The position numbers were made by a program, and so were the translations under genes. The notes under the pieces are model-generated. The model saw nothing but the letters and a program-made list of their open reading frames with translations, did no database searches and was not told the origin of the DNA. A DNA stretch of 64,000 nucleotides from Lama guanicoe (lineage: Eukaryota). The first letter of the stretch is position 1. Every line of letters begins with the position of its first letter. Location: the NCBI GenBank assembly GCA_013239625.1, contig MU054391.1, positions 2,819,130-2,883,129 of the forward strand, given 5' to 3'. This document shows, piece after piece, positions 50,011-64,000 of the stretch.

Positions 50011-53000
50011 TTTTGCTCTCTTGTGCCTTTTTCCTGCCTACCTCTCTGTTCCTTGTCCTTCCGACAATCCAACTACACACCCATTTCAGTGCCTGCTCCT
50101 GGCCCGAGTGCAGGGCTGGGAAGGAAGGTTTCATCGCCACCGGCTTCGAACACGAGGCGTGGGGACAGCACCAAACAGCAGGGGACGGTGAGCCCTCATT
50201 GCAGGGAGTGGGGCCCACAGTTCTGCCCTTTACCCACCCAGCTCTGATTCAGCCTTGGAATCAGTCTCAGAAGCTTCCAGAAAACCGTCCCATACCTTCC
50301 TTTCTCACCTTAATTCTCCGCCTCACCTCCAGGACTAAAGTCAGTGGCCCTCTTTTTTAATTGCGTGGTACACGGGGTTTCCCTCTGTCTGTAAACCTAC
50401 TGTGCTTCATTCTCCTGTGTTGTTTTACTGGTTTATCCCCATGGCGAGACTGTGAAACACTACAGTGTGTCTTTTTACCACAGATAACTTCCCTTTGCTC
50501 GGGCATATCAGCTTCTAACAAATGTTTGACGGAAGAATGGGTGGATAAACGGTGTCTGCCCCGGACTGTGTTCCAAGGACAGAGGTGGCATTTCTTCTCA
50601 TTCTTGTGGTCACCCCAGTTCAAGACACAGTGATTGGCACAAAAGTGTTCTGAATGCAGGGTTGAAGGTCGGAATGAATGGAAAGCTTGACCTCCACTCT
50701 TGCAAAGTGACTCGGACACTAAATCATAACAGCGCCCAGGAAAGGTGAGACGCCGGTCTCCCAGACGACTCGCGCCCCTCCTTTAATAAGAGTCCTACCT
50801 GCCTGGGAATCTGGCATGTATGTCACTAGTTTTCAAAACGTCTCCCTGGCCTCTGGCCTTCAAGTAGAGGGACAAGTGTGCTATACGCGGTGGCCATAAA
50901 AAACGGAATTGAGAGGATTACTCGCTTCCTGTCTTGGTTTGCGTCTCTAATCCTATCAACATCTATGCTCCGCTTCCCTGCAAATAACAATGATTTTAAA
51001 GGCACAGAACTTTTATTGAGCACTGATTGGGCCAGACACCTGGCAAGACATCATATAAAGAGATCATCATCACGTCATAGCTTAGGAAACTCAGAGACGT
51101 GACGTGACCGGCCCAAGCAAATACATCAGCAGGAAATGAGCAGAATCTGAGCCCTGGTTAGTCTGCCAACAAAATCCAGTCTCCTACCAAAGTCTCTTGC
51201 CATATAAAATATAGCTTCCCAGTTACTGACCAATGAGGTATTTAATGCACAGACCTTCCAGTCAGACACCATAGCTTTATGAGCAGGCTCTGCCCTGCTC
51301 TGGACAAATTCTGTTACCCTCTACTCTTCGGCGTCTGCATCTGGAAAACTAAGATAATAATCATAAAAATATTCTGAGCTCCTTATAAGGCAAAATGAGA
51401 TTATATGTATGAAAGGTAGTTTGCGCGTTGCAGAGCACTGTCTGAGTATCAGTCATTACCCCAAACAGGATAGAATTTGAGAAGCAGCAAGGCTTCCCCT
51501 CCCATCTTGAAATATATCTACTGAGGAAGCTAAATTTTTTGTGCTAGCAAATATCCCCTGGAAGGTGCAGGTACCTTATTTGGATCTATTCATTAAATGG
51601 GTCACCGTGGTCCCTAACCTGAACTAAACTGTCCGTAGCAGGTTGATATCTTGGCTGCTAAGTAAGACCAGTTTCATCTAATGGTTGAAATTTCCAAAGG
51701 GAAGAGAAAGGTAGGGGTTGAACACCGCCTACTGCACAAGAGAAGCCCTATGAGGGGAAAGGATGGCTAAGATGGGGGGACCAGCTGTACTGGGACCAGC
51801 AGCTGATAACCCTAAGGCACTAATGTGGGAGGGACGGAGGGACGCCAGTCAGAAGTGGACAGAAGGCTGACTTTTCTATTCCATTTAGGGTGACTCCTGT
51901 TTCAAATCAGAAGACCACAGGATAAAATTCTCTGTGATGTAGTGAACTAGGTGTAGAAATCTTATTTCGGAATGGATTATCTGTGGCTTCCGCCAAGCAC
52001 AGAATTGTCAGAGCAATTACCCCAAGTTCAGGGGGAAAGCAGGAGTCAGACGTGTTTTCCTAGGGCGTCTGGCTTGGGTCTGCTCCTGGCTTCACGTCTT
52101 CCCAGCCCTGAGCCCCCCTCACTCCCTGCCTGTGTGGGTTTGAGGTGAGATTCCTGACATCCTCCCTGGACTGTGAATTCTGTGTATGTGAAATTTTAGT
52201 CAACATGGTTTTAATCCTCCAGGGATATTTCCTCCGGTGTATGTGAGTTAACACATGTTGGGAATAATTACAAAAAGAGACGACTGGGTTAGAGATAGGA
52301 AAAAAAAAGAAGTGAAACAAAACAAAGCCAACAACAAAGCAGGCAGAGCTGACAGAGGTCTTGCAAGGAGGCTCTGTGGGAGGGGATCCGAGACGGGGAT
52401 CCCCATCCCACATCAGCAGAGCTGGGCACAGTTCCCTGGGATCACGTCCTCTGTCCCTGCAGCCTCACCCGCCATCAACGCTGGCAGACAGGTCCCCAAC
52501 TCAGACAGGAATCTCATGGAAAAGACTAGACTTGGGAAAAACAAGTCAAAGAAACGATGTCTTTCAATGTGCATATTTGTACAAATATCTGGTTGAAACT
52601 GTCAGGAAAGGCAGACCTGGAAAGATCTTCTAGGAAAAACATGCTCATTGGAAATAAACCTCAGAGGGACCAGCGCATTAAGACGTGCAAAAGGCCTGGT
52701 AGAGCCTCATTTCCCCCTTCTTTTTTCCAAATCTTCAACTCCTCAATAGTAGAGGTCCAGCACAGAGACGTTCAGGATGGAAATTCCTGCGTTTGGGCAG
52801 CCTTCCTGCCCTCCAGTCAGTTACCTGTACCTGCGACTAGGAGGGTGACATAAAGGGACACGACGCCTTCAGCATGTGCGTATGAATATTGTCACTTTCG
52901 CCTCCGTGTCTGCTCACGGAAAGTTACGCAGTGGAGCAAACCTGTAAAAGGGCAGGGCCTCCTGTCAAGAGGCTTAGAGTGACCCAAGAAAGACCAAGGA

Positions 53001-55249
53001 AAAGCCGTAACACGCTCATTACTGCTTACACTTTCAACTCCAGCTAATCATACCCTCATGTTCCCTGCGTGCACACATTAAAGGAAATGTCAGTAATTAG
53101 TGGAAAATGTAACATAATGAATCCATGGAAAAGCAAGGTTTTAATTATAACATTTACACAGGTTACACATTCCAACTTGCCTTTGTATAAGAGACAATCA
53201 GAGCCATACTTTATTTTAAGTTTATTTTAGACAAAGGGGGAAAAAAAAACCCTGGCCTTTGATATTTGAGTCATGCCCATACATTTGGGTTCCAGGACAG
53301 TATTCTGGCATTTTTCAACCAGATCTCATTCCTCGTTGGGGAGAGAGGGTGGTTCTTGGTGTTCATAGCGGATAACTGTCATCACGGAGAAATATGTGTT
53401 TTACTGGAGTATTTCTTCCTCTGTTCTGGTCAATCCAGGACAGACGAGAATGGAACCTGGACGTTCTACTTCATCAGCTACTGATGTTGACAATGATCCA
53501 AAGACCAAAAGAATCCCAGGTCCTCGGTAGTTGGTGGGTGATGGAGGAACTCCATTCAGGAATCCTAGGATAGACCAAGAAGCAATATGGACCCCTCTCG
53601 TCCACTGGACCAAAGGTACTGAAAGTAGGCTATAAAAAATGGTCGATTGTCTCTGGAAATCAAAGGTTACAAGTTTTATTTCTAGTATCTTACAAAGTAG
53701 GAAGACAGTGGTGTCAGTAATACTGGAAATGCAGAGGGACCCGGGACGCCCCATGCCGTCTCTGAGCTTTGCAGGTCAAGGGAGAGCAGTGGTTTCCTGG
53801 CAGAAGCACGGCGGTGCACAGCCTGGGCCGCTGACCAGGGCCGCTCCCTCACTAGCTTCTTTGCAGCAGAGTTAGGGAGGGCAGTTCATCTAGTCTGGTG
53901 AGGTGCACTTAAGGATTAGCTTGTCTTCTTTTAACTAAATCAAATTCCCCGCAAGGTTAAGTGGCTTCAAAATGTCTCTGCAGAGAAATAGCAAATTAAA
54001 CATCATATCAGAATGCAAACTAAACTTGAACAAGAACAAATCAGAACTTTTTTTCCTTTAATTGGTCGTGTATGCTTTTTTCAGCCACGGAACAGTTTAA
54101 AACGATAAGTCAGCCCCAAATTGTAAACTCTGAGGATAGCATTTTGGAATGTGGATTATGCCCCTGCTGCCATCAGCCGACCCTCCCCCAGAGTGCACAT
54201 TCTCACTTGAGATTTCAAGTTGATGATAGTGTTCACAAAACGTACGGTCTGTCTACTCACGCTTAGAGCCATGTGACACTTAAGCAACTGCTTAACAGAT
54301 TTATTAAACTTAATGATAAAATTTCAAAGCCTCTTTCAAGAGATCTTATCAAGCAATAAAAGACAAAAATACGCCTACCATTGGGAGAAAAACTTGGTTC
54401 CTTTAACATAAAAGCTTATTTTTTTCAATCATTTTGATACAAACAGAATGCATAATACATGAAAAAATATAACAACAAACTAAGTAAATAAAAGAATGAA
54501 AAATACTCTAGCAAATGGAAATGTATTTCTTTGATATCCCCTACTGTTAGATGATACATAGAAAATATTGCTCAACATGTAAAGAACTTAGTATTCATGC
54601 AAATCACACAGTGTGGGCGGTTAGTTTGTAGGTTGCTTGAAAAGCCCTGGTGTCTCTCCCAGGTCTCAGCTAGTGGAATTGTCTAGACTGTTCCAGTAAT
54701 GAATCAACGAAGAAATAGTTGTTCAGAAGCTATTAAAAAGAAAGATGGAATGAACAGTAGTGAAATCTTTTTAATAACAAGAATGTATACTGGGAAATCG
54801 ATAGTGACCATGAAAATATTTTTTTCAGGTAGCAGTTTGCTGGTCTTGACAAATTAAACACTGATGTAATCTAAAAATAAATGTTATGTTTTTCTCCTAC
54901 AAAAAAACATGGGCATAGAAAAGTTGCTTAGCTTTTTGGTGATGACGGTGGCGTAGAGTAGTGTATGACATAACACACCTTTTCACACTCACACAGCTGA
55001 TCTAAACCTTCAAGTAAAGGAGGTATTAAACAGCCAGTGCGACAGTAACTGTAACTCAAAATAAACGTACGCTGTGAAGGGAGCATTGTGTAAAATTTGT
55101 TTGAAAATGTTTTTCTTATCTGATTGCTTAATCTAAAAATGTCCGTTTATCACCTTCAAAGGACTTATATCTGCCTTAGGAAACAGAATTGGCTGAAATG
55201 TTTACAACTGTCTGAATAGAGTGCCTTGATAAGAGAAAAGCCTCCTGGT

Positions 55250-55880
55250 GCTAACTCGCTATTTGACACTTCTCCTTGGGTGTCAAATACACGTCTTAAA
55301 TGTGACACGCCTGCAGCCAGACTCCTAGCCATCTCCTGAGAGCTGGCTTCACCTTGACCTGCCCCTCCTCGTTGGGGGAACCACAGTGTTCTGGTTACTC
55401 AAGCCAAACTCATATCCAGCCCGGGATCTCACCCCCCGCCTCCTGCCCCCAAACATCCCACACCAAATGGATCAAGAAGCCCTCTTAGCTCCACCCCCGA
55501 AGTACATTCAGAGACTCACGCGTGTCGCGGTACCCCGGCATAGCCACCACCTTCCTCAGCTGTTCCCTTAGCTCCCGCCCCTCCCGCCCCACCCCTGTCC
55601 CCACAGCCTGTTCTCCAGACATCCCAAGCATCCTTGTAAGAACATGTTTTCTCAAGACATCCAAGGCATCCTTGTAAGAACATGAACCCTGTCCTTTCAC
55701 TCATCTGCTCAAGCACCTCCACTCACATCCTAAAGCTCTCTGCTCAGCCCCCATCCGCAGGGCACCCACCCCTTACCTCTCTCGCGCACCCCAGGCACTC
55801 GGCTCCCGCTACAGTGCAGGCTCTCTCTTCTCTTTTCAGACTGTGAATGATGCCCTTCCAGCTACCTCCATAGGATGCTC
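55250..55880 (+). mobile_element. L2 LINE fragment
   Basis: ttgacacttctccttgggtgtcaaatacacgtcttaaatgtgacacg; ctggttactcaagccaaa; pyrimidine-rich. Confidence 0.65.
55611..55684 (+). repeat. Two-copy tandem duplication, period 38 bp
   Basis: ttctccagacatcccaagcatccttgtaagaacatg versus ttctcaagacatccaaggcatccttgtaagaacatg (3 mismatches in 36). Confidence 0.92.
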
Positions 55881-55944
55881 CCTGGACGCAGTCCCCTTAG
55901 GTGCCCAGCCCTGGACCGTGGGCTCTGCACATCGCCTGCTGTGT

Positions 55945-56316
55945 TAGTGTGTATGTACAGAGAGAATGAGATTTGCTCTCAGGGACTGGCCCCCAGAGTC
56001 ATGGAGGCTGAGCAATGCCTGGGATCTGCCCTCTGCAAGCTGCGGACCCAAGAGAGCTGGTGCTGAGCCCCAAGGCCTGAGGACCAGAGAGGGGAGGTGC
56101 AGGTTCCAGTCCTGGTCTGTAGGTCGGAGAACCAGTGGCACAAGGGACAGAGAAGACCGACGGCCCAGCTGGCAGCCAGGCCAGTCAGGCCCTCCTCTGC
56201 CTTTTGCTCTACTCAGGGCCCCACTGGGTGGGGTGACACTCGCCAGCATTGGGGAGGGGTGTCTGCGCCATTCGCCCCCCCCCCCAGCTGTTGGCAGTCC
56301 CTCTGGAACACACCCA
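55945..56316 (-). mobile_element. ERVL MLT2-type LTR fragment
   Basis: catggaggctgag...gatctgccctctgcaagctg...ccttttgctctactcagg...cattggggaggg...ctggaacacaccc. Confidence 0.75.
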
Positions 56317-56669
56317 GCTCCCCTGCAGTCACCGGCTTAAGAGAAGGGGGAGCAGCTTCCCGAAGTGCCACCACAGGGGAAGACACCCCCACTGAGCCTA
56401 TTTGTACCACGTGAAGCCACTCCATGTTCAACAAAGTCTCTTTTTGTCATTATCACGTGTATAAGACGCATAGATAAAACTAGACATAAGTAGATGGAAA
56501 AAATACTTTGAAACTTTGCACTTTTCTTTACAATTTACAAAAGAATGTCATATACCAGCTTCCATTTCATTCATTCTCAAGCCGTATTTCTTAATAGGTA
56601 TATTTTCGTGTAACTCACCAGTATCCATGATTACCAGTGTGGAAGACTGGGACTTAGACATCTTCACCC

Positions 56670-56925
56670 TATTTTTGTGTTAGCTGTGATAGTTTCAGGT
56701 GTACAGCAAAGTGATTCAGTTATACATATATATATATTCTTTTTCAGATTCTTTTCCATTATAGGTTTTTATAAGATAATGAATACAGTTCCCTGTGCTA
56801 TAGAGTAGGTTCTTATTGTGTATCTATTGTATATACAGTAGTGTATATCTGTTAATCCCAAACTCCTAATTTACCCCCTCCCCACCCCCTCCCCCCTTGG
56901 GTGACCATCAGCTTCTTTTCTGTGC
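56670..56925 (-). mobile_element. L1 3' terminal fragment
   Basis: tttcaggtgtacagcaaagtgattcagttatacatata...agttccctgtgctata...ttaatcccaaactcctaattta; antisense homolog of 59970-60160. Confidence 0.9.
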
Positions 56926-58418
56926 CCTTTTCTCTGCCTGGTATAAGGTCAGCTGCAGGAAGTAAAGCCAGTGTGCTGCGTCCGGCGGCAGCCGTGCCCC
57001 CCTGAGATTTCTCCCAGAGCCACAGCCTAAACGCACGAGCATTCAGGCACTCACAGCTCAGAAAGAACTGAATAAAATCTGCTCAATGGAGTAACAGCTA
57101 CATAACCCAAAGGAACTTCTGGGAAGACAGGGAGTGACTGCTGAAATCAGAGGCTGAGCAGCGTGGAAGGAAAGGTTCTGCTGGGTGCTGGAATCTTCTC
57201 TTTATAAACAGAGGTTTTGTACAACACATAAAGCCAGCCAAAGGCATTCTAGTGAGAGATTTCAGCAAGACTCCTGTAAACTTTGATTTTTGTGGAATCT
57301 GTGAAATGGGAAGATAAAAATCAGATTTGATTCCCCTTCTTTATTCTGTATCTTAACAGTTCTGAAAATTTACTGGCACGCGTATAGGAACTCCATTTGC
57401 ATATTCATGGTCTTTATCTTCCCTGATGCCCCATACGATGCTGTGAGAATCCAGGTTACAGGTGAGAATTCTAACCTGTGGAGGGCTCAGGAACTCATCC
57501 CATCACCCAGGTGTGGAATGACGGGGTATCCACGTAAACCCACAATCTCACATCTTCCCCTCAACTGCTACATCTGAACAGAGTCAGTAACAATTATGGG
57601 TCATAGACACACTTAAAAAATACATTTTGGATGCAACGAAGATTCAAACCAATCACTTAAAACACCTTTATTTTTTAACTCATTGGTGGTCACTGGAATT
57701 TAGGAGGACCTTGGAAGATTGCAAGATCCTAAAGCACTTCTCAGTCACCCTGCGGGATGTTCTGTTTACTGTCATTTATGTATCAAAATTCTTTTAACTG
57801 GATCAGCTATTTCTGGAATAGATTTGAGCCTTATTTGGCTACAGAGATAAATCAGTTATTCTAACTTATCTGGCAAGAGTGAATGGCAAAAAGAGTAATT
57901 GCACTTTTCTAATAAAAAAGTATGCTTGGTTATTCATACCAACACTGCAGAAAATGTTAAGAAATTCTGGATAAGATAGGGGAGAAATGTTCCTAAAAGG
58001 ATCAAGGGGCACCAGATAACAAGGAATAAACAAAAATCAATCTATACTTGAGCATGTCACGGTAAATTATAAAAATCAGAGACAGAAAATTTTAAAAATG
58101 AACACATACACACAACTTCAATATGCTAAAATAAAATTAATGCCAACCTACAATTTCTAGGGAACTATCGTTCAAGAATAGGGTAGAAGAAAGACACTTT
58201 TAGGTAAAAAATACTAAGAGAGCTTGCCAAGAGCAAATCCTCAGAAAATAATGTAATTAGGCTAGAATAAGGATAATGATTAAGAAAGTGATAAATGTTA
58301 AAAATAATAGTGGTCGTCTTTACGGTTGAGAGGATGAAGCTAGGTGTAAAGTGCAAGTCCAGAATAACATGATTGGAAGGAGTTAGAAATGAAGTTAAAA
58401 GCTTCTAGCTCTTCAGAT

Positions 58419-60195
58419 GGAAGACTTATATGCAGATAACTATAAAACATTCATAAAGGAAATTGAATAGTGAAAGAAATGGAAAGATACCTCATGCTCT
58501 TGGATTAGAAGAATTCATATTTTAAAAATGGCCATGCTGCCCAAGGCAATCTGCAGACTTGATGCAATCCCAGTCAGATTATCCAGGACACCTTTCACAG
58601 AACTAAAACAAACAATCTTAAAATTTATACGGAATTACAAGACTTAGAATTGCCAAAGCAATACTGAGGGGAAAGAGCAAAGCTGGAGGTATAACTTTTG
58701 TAGACTTCAGACAATACTACAGAGCTACAGTCATCGAAACAGCATGATATGGACACAAAAACAGACATATGGATCAAGGGTACAGAATAGAGAGCTTAGC
58801 AATAAACCGACACATCTACAGTCAATGAATCTTTGGCAAAAGAGGCAAGAATATACAATGGAGAAAAGACTGTCCCTTTGGCAAATGAAGTTGGGAAAGC
58901 TGGATGGCTACATGTAAAGCAATAAAGTTAGAACACCTCCTCTCACCACACCCAAAAATAAACTCAAATTGGCTTAAATACTTAAATATAAGGCATGACA
59001 CCATATAACTCCCAGAACACACACGTGAACAGTCTCTGACATAAATCGTAGCCACGTTCTCCTAGGTCAGTCTACCACGGCAACAGAAATAAAGGCAAAG
59101 ATAAATAAATGGGACCTGATCAAGCTTATAAGAGTTTGCACAGCGAAGAAAACCATAAAGAAAACAAAAAGACAACCCACAGACTGGGAGAAAATATTTG
59201 CAAACTATGTGACCGCTAAGGGCTTAATTTCCAAAATACGGAAGTAGCTCATGCGACTCGGTAACAACAACAACAAAAAGCGAGCAACCCAATCAGAACA
59301 CAGGTAGAAGACCTAAACAGACACTTCTTTAATGGAGACACACGGAGGGCCAACAGGCACGTGAAGCGATGCTCCAGTTGCTGATTGCTAGAGAAATGCA
59401 AATCGAAACTACCAAAACTACCTCACCCCGTTAGAAAGGCCATCATTAGAAAGTCTACAGATGACAAGTGCTGGAGAGGGTGCGCAGAAAAGGGAGCCCT
59501 CCTACACTGCTGGTGGGAATGTAAATTGGGGCAGTCACTATGGAGGGCAGGTTCCTTATTAAAGCAGAAATAGACTTGCTACGTGTTCCAGCCATCCCAC
59601 TGCTGGGCATATAATTGGAGGAAACTCTAATTTGAAAAGGTACATGAACCCCAGTGTTCATAGCAGCACTATTTACAATAGCCAAGGCATGGAAGCAACC
59701 TAAGTGTCCAACAACAGCTGACTGGATTAAGAAGACAGTGTATATATATATATACACAGTGGAATATGACTCAGCCATTAAAAGGAATGAAATAATGCCA
59801 TCTGCAGTAACATGAATGGACTTAGAGATTATTATACTAAGTGAAGTGAGTCACTCAGAGAAAGATAAAATCACATGATACCACTTACATGTGGAATGTA
59901 AAAAGAAATACAAATGAACTCATTTACAAAACAGAAATAGACTCACAGACATAGAGAACAAACTTACGTTTACCAAAGGGGAAAAGGGGTGGGTAAATTA
60001 GGAGTTTGGGATTATTATACATAAAATAAGCAACAGGGTCCTATGATACAGCACAGGGAACTATATTCAATATCCTTTAATAAACCATAATGGAAAAGAA
60101 TATGAAAAAGAACATATATGTATAACTGAATCACTTTATTGCACCCCTGAAACTAATACAACATTGTAAACAAACCATACGTCAATTTTTAAAAA
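58419..60195 (+). mobile_element. 5'-truncated camelid/cetartiodactyl L1 (ORF2 3' third plus 3' UTR), inactive
   Basis: aaatggaaagatacctcatgctcttggatt (KWKDIPCSW-like), [21 protein letters not shown], full 3' UTR and decayed A-tail; stops and frameshifts. Confidence 0.95.
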
Positions 60196-61269
60196 CTCTT
60201 TTAGCTCCTCTTCAAGTCCTGTCGGTGTCAGCATCACTGCCCACTGACCAGAGACACGCCCCCCACCGCACCCCGCGAGCCCGAGTTCACGTTCAGTCCA
60301 CCACCTGATGGCCCCGGGGGATGTCTGCTCTGCTCCAGGGGCTTCTGCTGTGGTACAGTCTCCAGAAGGTTAAGTTGGAGCAACCACGAGAAGCTTCTCC
60401 AAGGCTCCCCGTTTGTTGGCTGATGTCACATGGTCACAGCTGCCACCTGCCTTACGGAACAAGGGACAGTCCCCAGGAACACTTCTCAGCCCTCATCCTC
60501 AGCGCCCCTCTCCCAACATCAACCCCAGTCCCGTGGCTTCTCTAGGGTATGTGAAGGTCTACTTCCCTCTCTTCTCTCCTCAGATGGGAGAGAAGCACGT
60601 CCTCCTAGCCCAGAGCATCCATCTGCATCATCTGGGGTTCTTTAACGTTCTCACCTCAGGGCAGATGCCGACATCGGCGGTCCTCCCCTCCTCTGTCCCG
60701 AAGCGGGAGGCTGATGGCTACCAGCGCGCCCGCTCAGCTTCGTGGTAGAAACAGACACTGCTGTCTCCTTCTCACTCTGTGGTTTGAAGCTTCTTGAGCG
60801 GAGAAATGCATGTTTCCTGTTAGACTCACGGCAGAGAGCAGGTGTTCTGCACTTGGATGGGAGAAGCCACGTTGGTATGTCGGTCCCTAAATCAACGGAC
60901 ATTTAATGACCACCAGTTATTGCTAGAAATAGTTAAGTGCAGGGGGCTAAATAGGGAACAGGCTGAGAATGCCTCCGCCCTCAGAAAGCATACTTTGGAG
61001 CACAGATTCCAGTAGTTTCTGTCCCGGAGGGGAACGGCAGCTTGGCGTCAGTCAGCACCGGCCCCCGTGTGCGGACCCCAGCACACACCAGGAGGATCTG
61101 AAATCCACTGTGGCCCCCCACTAGAGAAATAGCTCTGGAGGGCTGGGCTACATTCAAGGCATGCACGACATATTTGCCTGTGTTTTTTTAGCAAGTAGTT
61201 AAAAAGTCTCCCCCATGGATTCAAGCTTCTCTTTCTAGCTCCCTAAAAATTTCCCCTCAGGAAAGGGCA

Positions 61270-62250
61270 GAAGTCTTCAAGCTTGGAAAGGGCCAGCCCT
61301 CCGGAGGAGGGGAGCGCACAGCTGGGGACAGGACCCCTGGTCCCCCGTCACAGGGAGCCCTCGTGCCTGTAATCTCAGGAGAGACGGGTCCCAGAGCCGC
61401 GGCCTGGGGAAGGGGAAGCGTGGGCTCCGGAAGGCCGGAGACATAGCTGCTCCTTCCCTCCCGGACCGACAGCAGCCTTGTGCCGGCTTTGACGCACCGC
61501 CTGCCTCGGCGTGCCCCCTCCCCGGGCTCTCCCCGGGCCCCTCTGAGACGCAGCCCGGGCGGACCTCGGAGAAGACTGTCGGTGCTGGGGGGCCCCAAGT
61601 CCCTGGCCGGGTGCTCTGTGCTCCCGCTGCCGGGCTGTGCCCTGCAGAGCGCCTCTGCCTTTCATGCACACAAACCAAAGCCGGGAGGCCAAGGGCATCT
61701 TCGTGCCCTGGGCAGGTTCAGCTGCGCAGCGCAACCGCAGGGACCTGCGTCCACAGCTGCAGAGGAAGCCTTGACTGCTCAGAGATTCTGGGTCTTTCTG
61801 CTCCAGGCCAGGGGAGAACCAGGATTCTCTCCCAGCCCATCCCTCCTGCCCCCCCGCCCCCCACCCTCCTCTGAAGGGGGCAAGTTGACTTCTGCGCTTT
61901 GCACAGTTAACAGTCACCGTGCTGCCTTCTGAGCCCACAGATCTCCAGGCCCTGAAGGTGACTGCCCACACCGACGTCCCCTGGACGTTTGGGGACTGTT
62001 TCCCCAACCCTGGGTCCTCCCTCCTCCCACGGTCCCCGCCCCTCGCCTCTCTTCCCCCGCCCGTCCATCTTCCAAGAATGCCTTCGGCTGGGAACTCTTG
62101 CTGCGGTGCCCTCCCACACCCACCCGAGGCTCCCTCATCATCCCAGGCAGCCAGTGGGCGCACCCCCGCCTCCTGCAGGGAGCCCTCCAGGCAGCGATCA
62201 CACGTCCACACTCTCGAATTTCTAGAGCCTCCCACTGCTCCTGGCCCACC
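61270..62250. promoter_or_regulatory. GC/CpG-rich block (weak CpG island-like)
   Basis: High GC, frequent CpG, C-runs and GC boxes (ccccgccc at about 61852, 62033 and 62053); no exon recognised. Confidence 0.4.
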
Positions 62251-64000
62251 GAGGACTTTAATATTGATCACTGAGCAAATCAGCAAATGAACTGGGATCT
62301 AGAACTTTCTACATTTGCCAGCCCTGCCCCATGGATAGCTCACTCGCATTTACTGACTCTTCATCTCCTCATCTGTGAAGCAGCGAACCATCAAAGATGT
62401 GCTCATTTATAGCAGGGAGAGGGCAGTGTCCCTTCCCTACAAAATTGGTAAAGATGTTTTGAAACAGTAACAGTGTTTGCAAGAGCACAGGGCCTCGGGC
62501 ACTTTGGCTCTGATGGTGAGCACGTTTGTTACAGAAACCGAGGGCAGTTGAAGGACACACACCTCATCCTGTACCCGACCCGTGCCCTCCCCTCAGACCC
62601 CCCCCCCAGACACCCCCCCCCCCCCCACCTCTCGTCACACACACGGCAGGAGCATTTGCTACGGGAACACTGCTCCCAGGATTGTCTGTCTGCTGAACGA
62701 CTGGAAACCAGCTACGTGAGCAGCAATAGCGGGCTGGAGAGTGAATTGCTCCGCCCTCCGGATGGAACACTCCACGGACAGGAGAGTGGTTCTGGAGTCA
62801 AAGAGTAAGAGGGGTTTCCCCGTGCTCTGTTACATGTGGAAAAGCGACATGAAATTGATATGCCCTGTAGACTGCATTTTCTTTGGTTTAAAAATATTTA
62901 TATACATAAGGGAAAAAAGATTGAAAGCTTGTGAAACCAAGATATGAACAATGGTTATCCCTGGGCAGTGAGATTATGGATACTTTTTTTGGCTTTTTCA
63001 ATTTTAATTTTGTTTTTCTGTATAGTCTAAATTCCATGGCTTATTTAGTAAAAGATAGAAAAAAATAAGCATTTTAAATGACTGCCATAGAAGGAGAAAA
63101 TATAATATCAATTAAACTCTATGGCCATGACCTTTCTTCCCACAACTGTTGTTTCTAAATACCATGAAGGAATGTAGATCCTCGAGCTATTTCTGGCTGG
63201 GGTACCGCTAGGCTGTGTGACTCTCCGTGGGAGGATGGGTGTGAGCGCCGTGGTATTTAGGAACCCAGATATCACTCATCTGCAACCGCCCCACCAGCAG
63301 AGACCACATTGCATTGCTACAAGAATTTCAAATATGACTTCTTTCTCATTGCTTGTGTATTGGGTTTCCAAAATGCCCAAGCACCGCGCTCCATGCAATC
63401 AAAGGGCCTCTTCCAAGAAATCCGACCCTCAAAAAAACTTTTTAAAAATCAGGAGTTAAAGGTCACATTAAGAAGAGAGGCTGTTCTACCTGTGGCAAAT
63501 AGAAGTTTAAAATACTTGTCCTATAAATTTAGAGACAAAATCCAAAACTAATGTTACAGTCACATTGTAACTAGTAACAGCCCTCCCTACAAGGACCAGG
63601 CAGGTGGCACTCAGACTTTCTACAGCCCGAGCTCGGGGACTGGGCCCCCCAACCCCCAATGGTGCACTGCCTGGCCTGCAACATCCCACTTGGCCTGACA
63701 CCAACTCTGTGAGCCCAAAATTAGCATCCCTGCTTTACTGACAAGGGAGCTAAGCCTCTGGATGAGTCCAAGGTCACATAAAGGAGGAATCGCGTTACGT
63801 CTCTCCAACTCCAAAACTATGCTCATTCTAAAGATGGGAAAAAATTAGAACATTCACAAGAGAAACGCACTTGATATTACTAGCAACAATTGCAGAATCC
63901 CTTTATCTAAGAGCCATCCCTTCCATACACAAAACTCAAGCCGTTGGAGAAGAGCTTTTTACATTAAATTGGACCACAGGAGGATGCCTGTGAGTGTGTG

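Noticed and set aside
53280..53754. Coding-looking unique sequence with candidate - strand acceptors (117-aa ORF)
   Set aside because: No frame gives a recognisable protein and stops interrupt the other frames. A blastx/tblastx hit would be needed to call an exon or pseudogene.
55260..55289. 10-bp stem TATTTGACAC/GTGTCAAATA
   Set aside because: Falls at a naturally self-complementary position of the L2 sequence; no independent evidence of function.
61375..62286. 303-aa ORF on the - strand
   Set aside because: Gly/Arg-rich reading of a GC-rich block with long overlapping ORFs in several frames, typical of a compositional artefact.

Overview
Mammalian genomic DNA, very probably camelid: it carries a vic-1-type tRNA-derived SINE, cetartiodactyl-style L1 3' ends, and no Alu, B1, Bov-A or PRE SINEs. 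I find no recognisable protein-coding exon; the long ORFs overlie repeats or GC-rich tracts, so the window reads as intronic or intergenic. It contains the usual eutherian repeats (L1, L2, MIR, MLT1/2, LTR16, ERV1 solo LTRs, Tigger1, MER3, MER53), a CpG island at about 44.0-44.7 kb and a weaker CpG-rich block at about 61.3-62.3 kb. The most unusual structure is a non-transposon inverted duplication: arms of about 480-500 bp (420-907 and 1929-2435) around a CpG-rich spacer of about 1 kb. Its ungapped 209-bp core is about 91% identical, and 10 of 11 transition differences give G-U pairs on a + strand RNA, suggesting a long RNA duplex. Other notable items are a well-preserved ancient CR1 LINE 3' end (about 9.5-9.9 kb), a poly(A)-only retro-insertion with a perfect 16-bp TSD, a tail-to-tail L1 junction, and AT-to-GC-shifted old repeats. 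Repeat families were assigned from remembered consensus sequences and boundaries are approximate.
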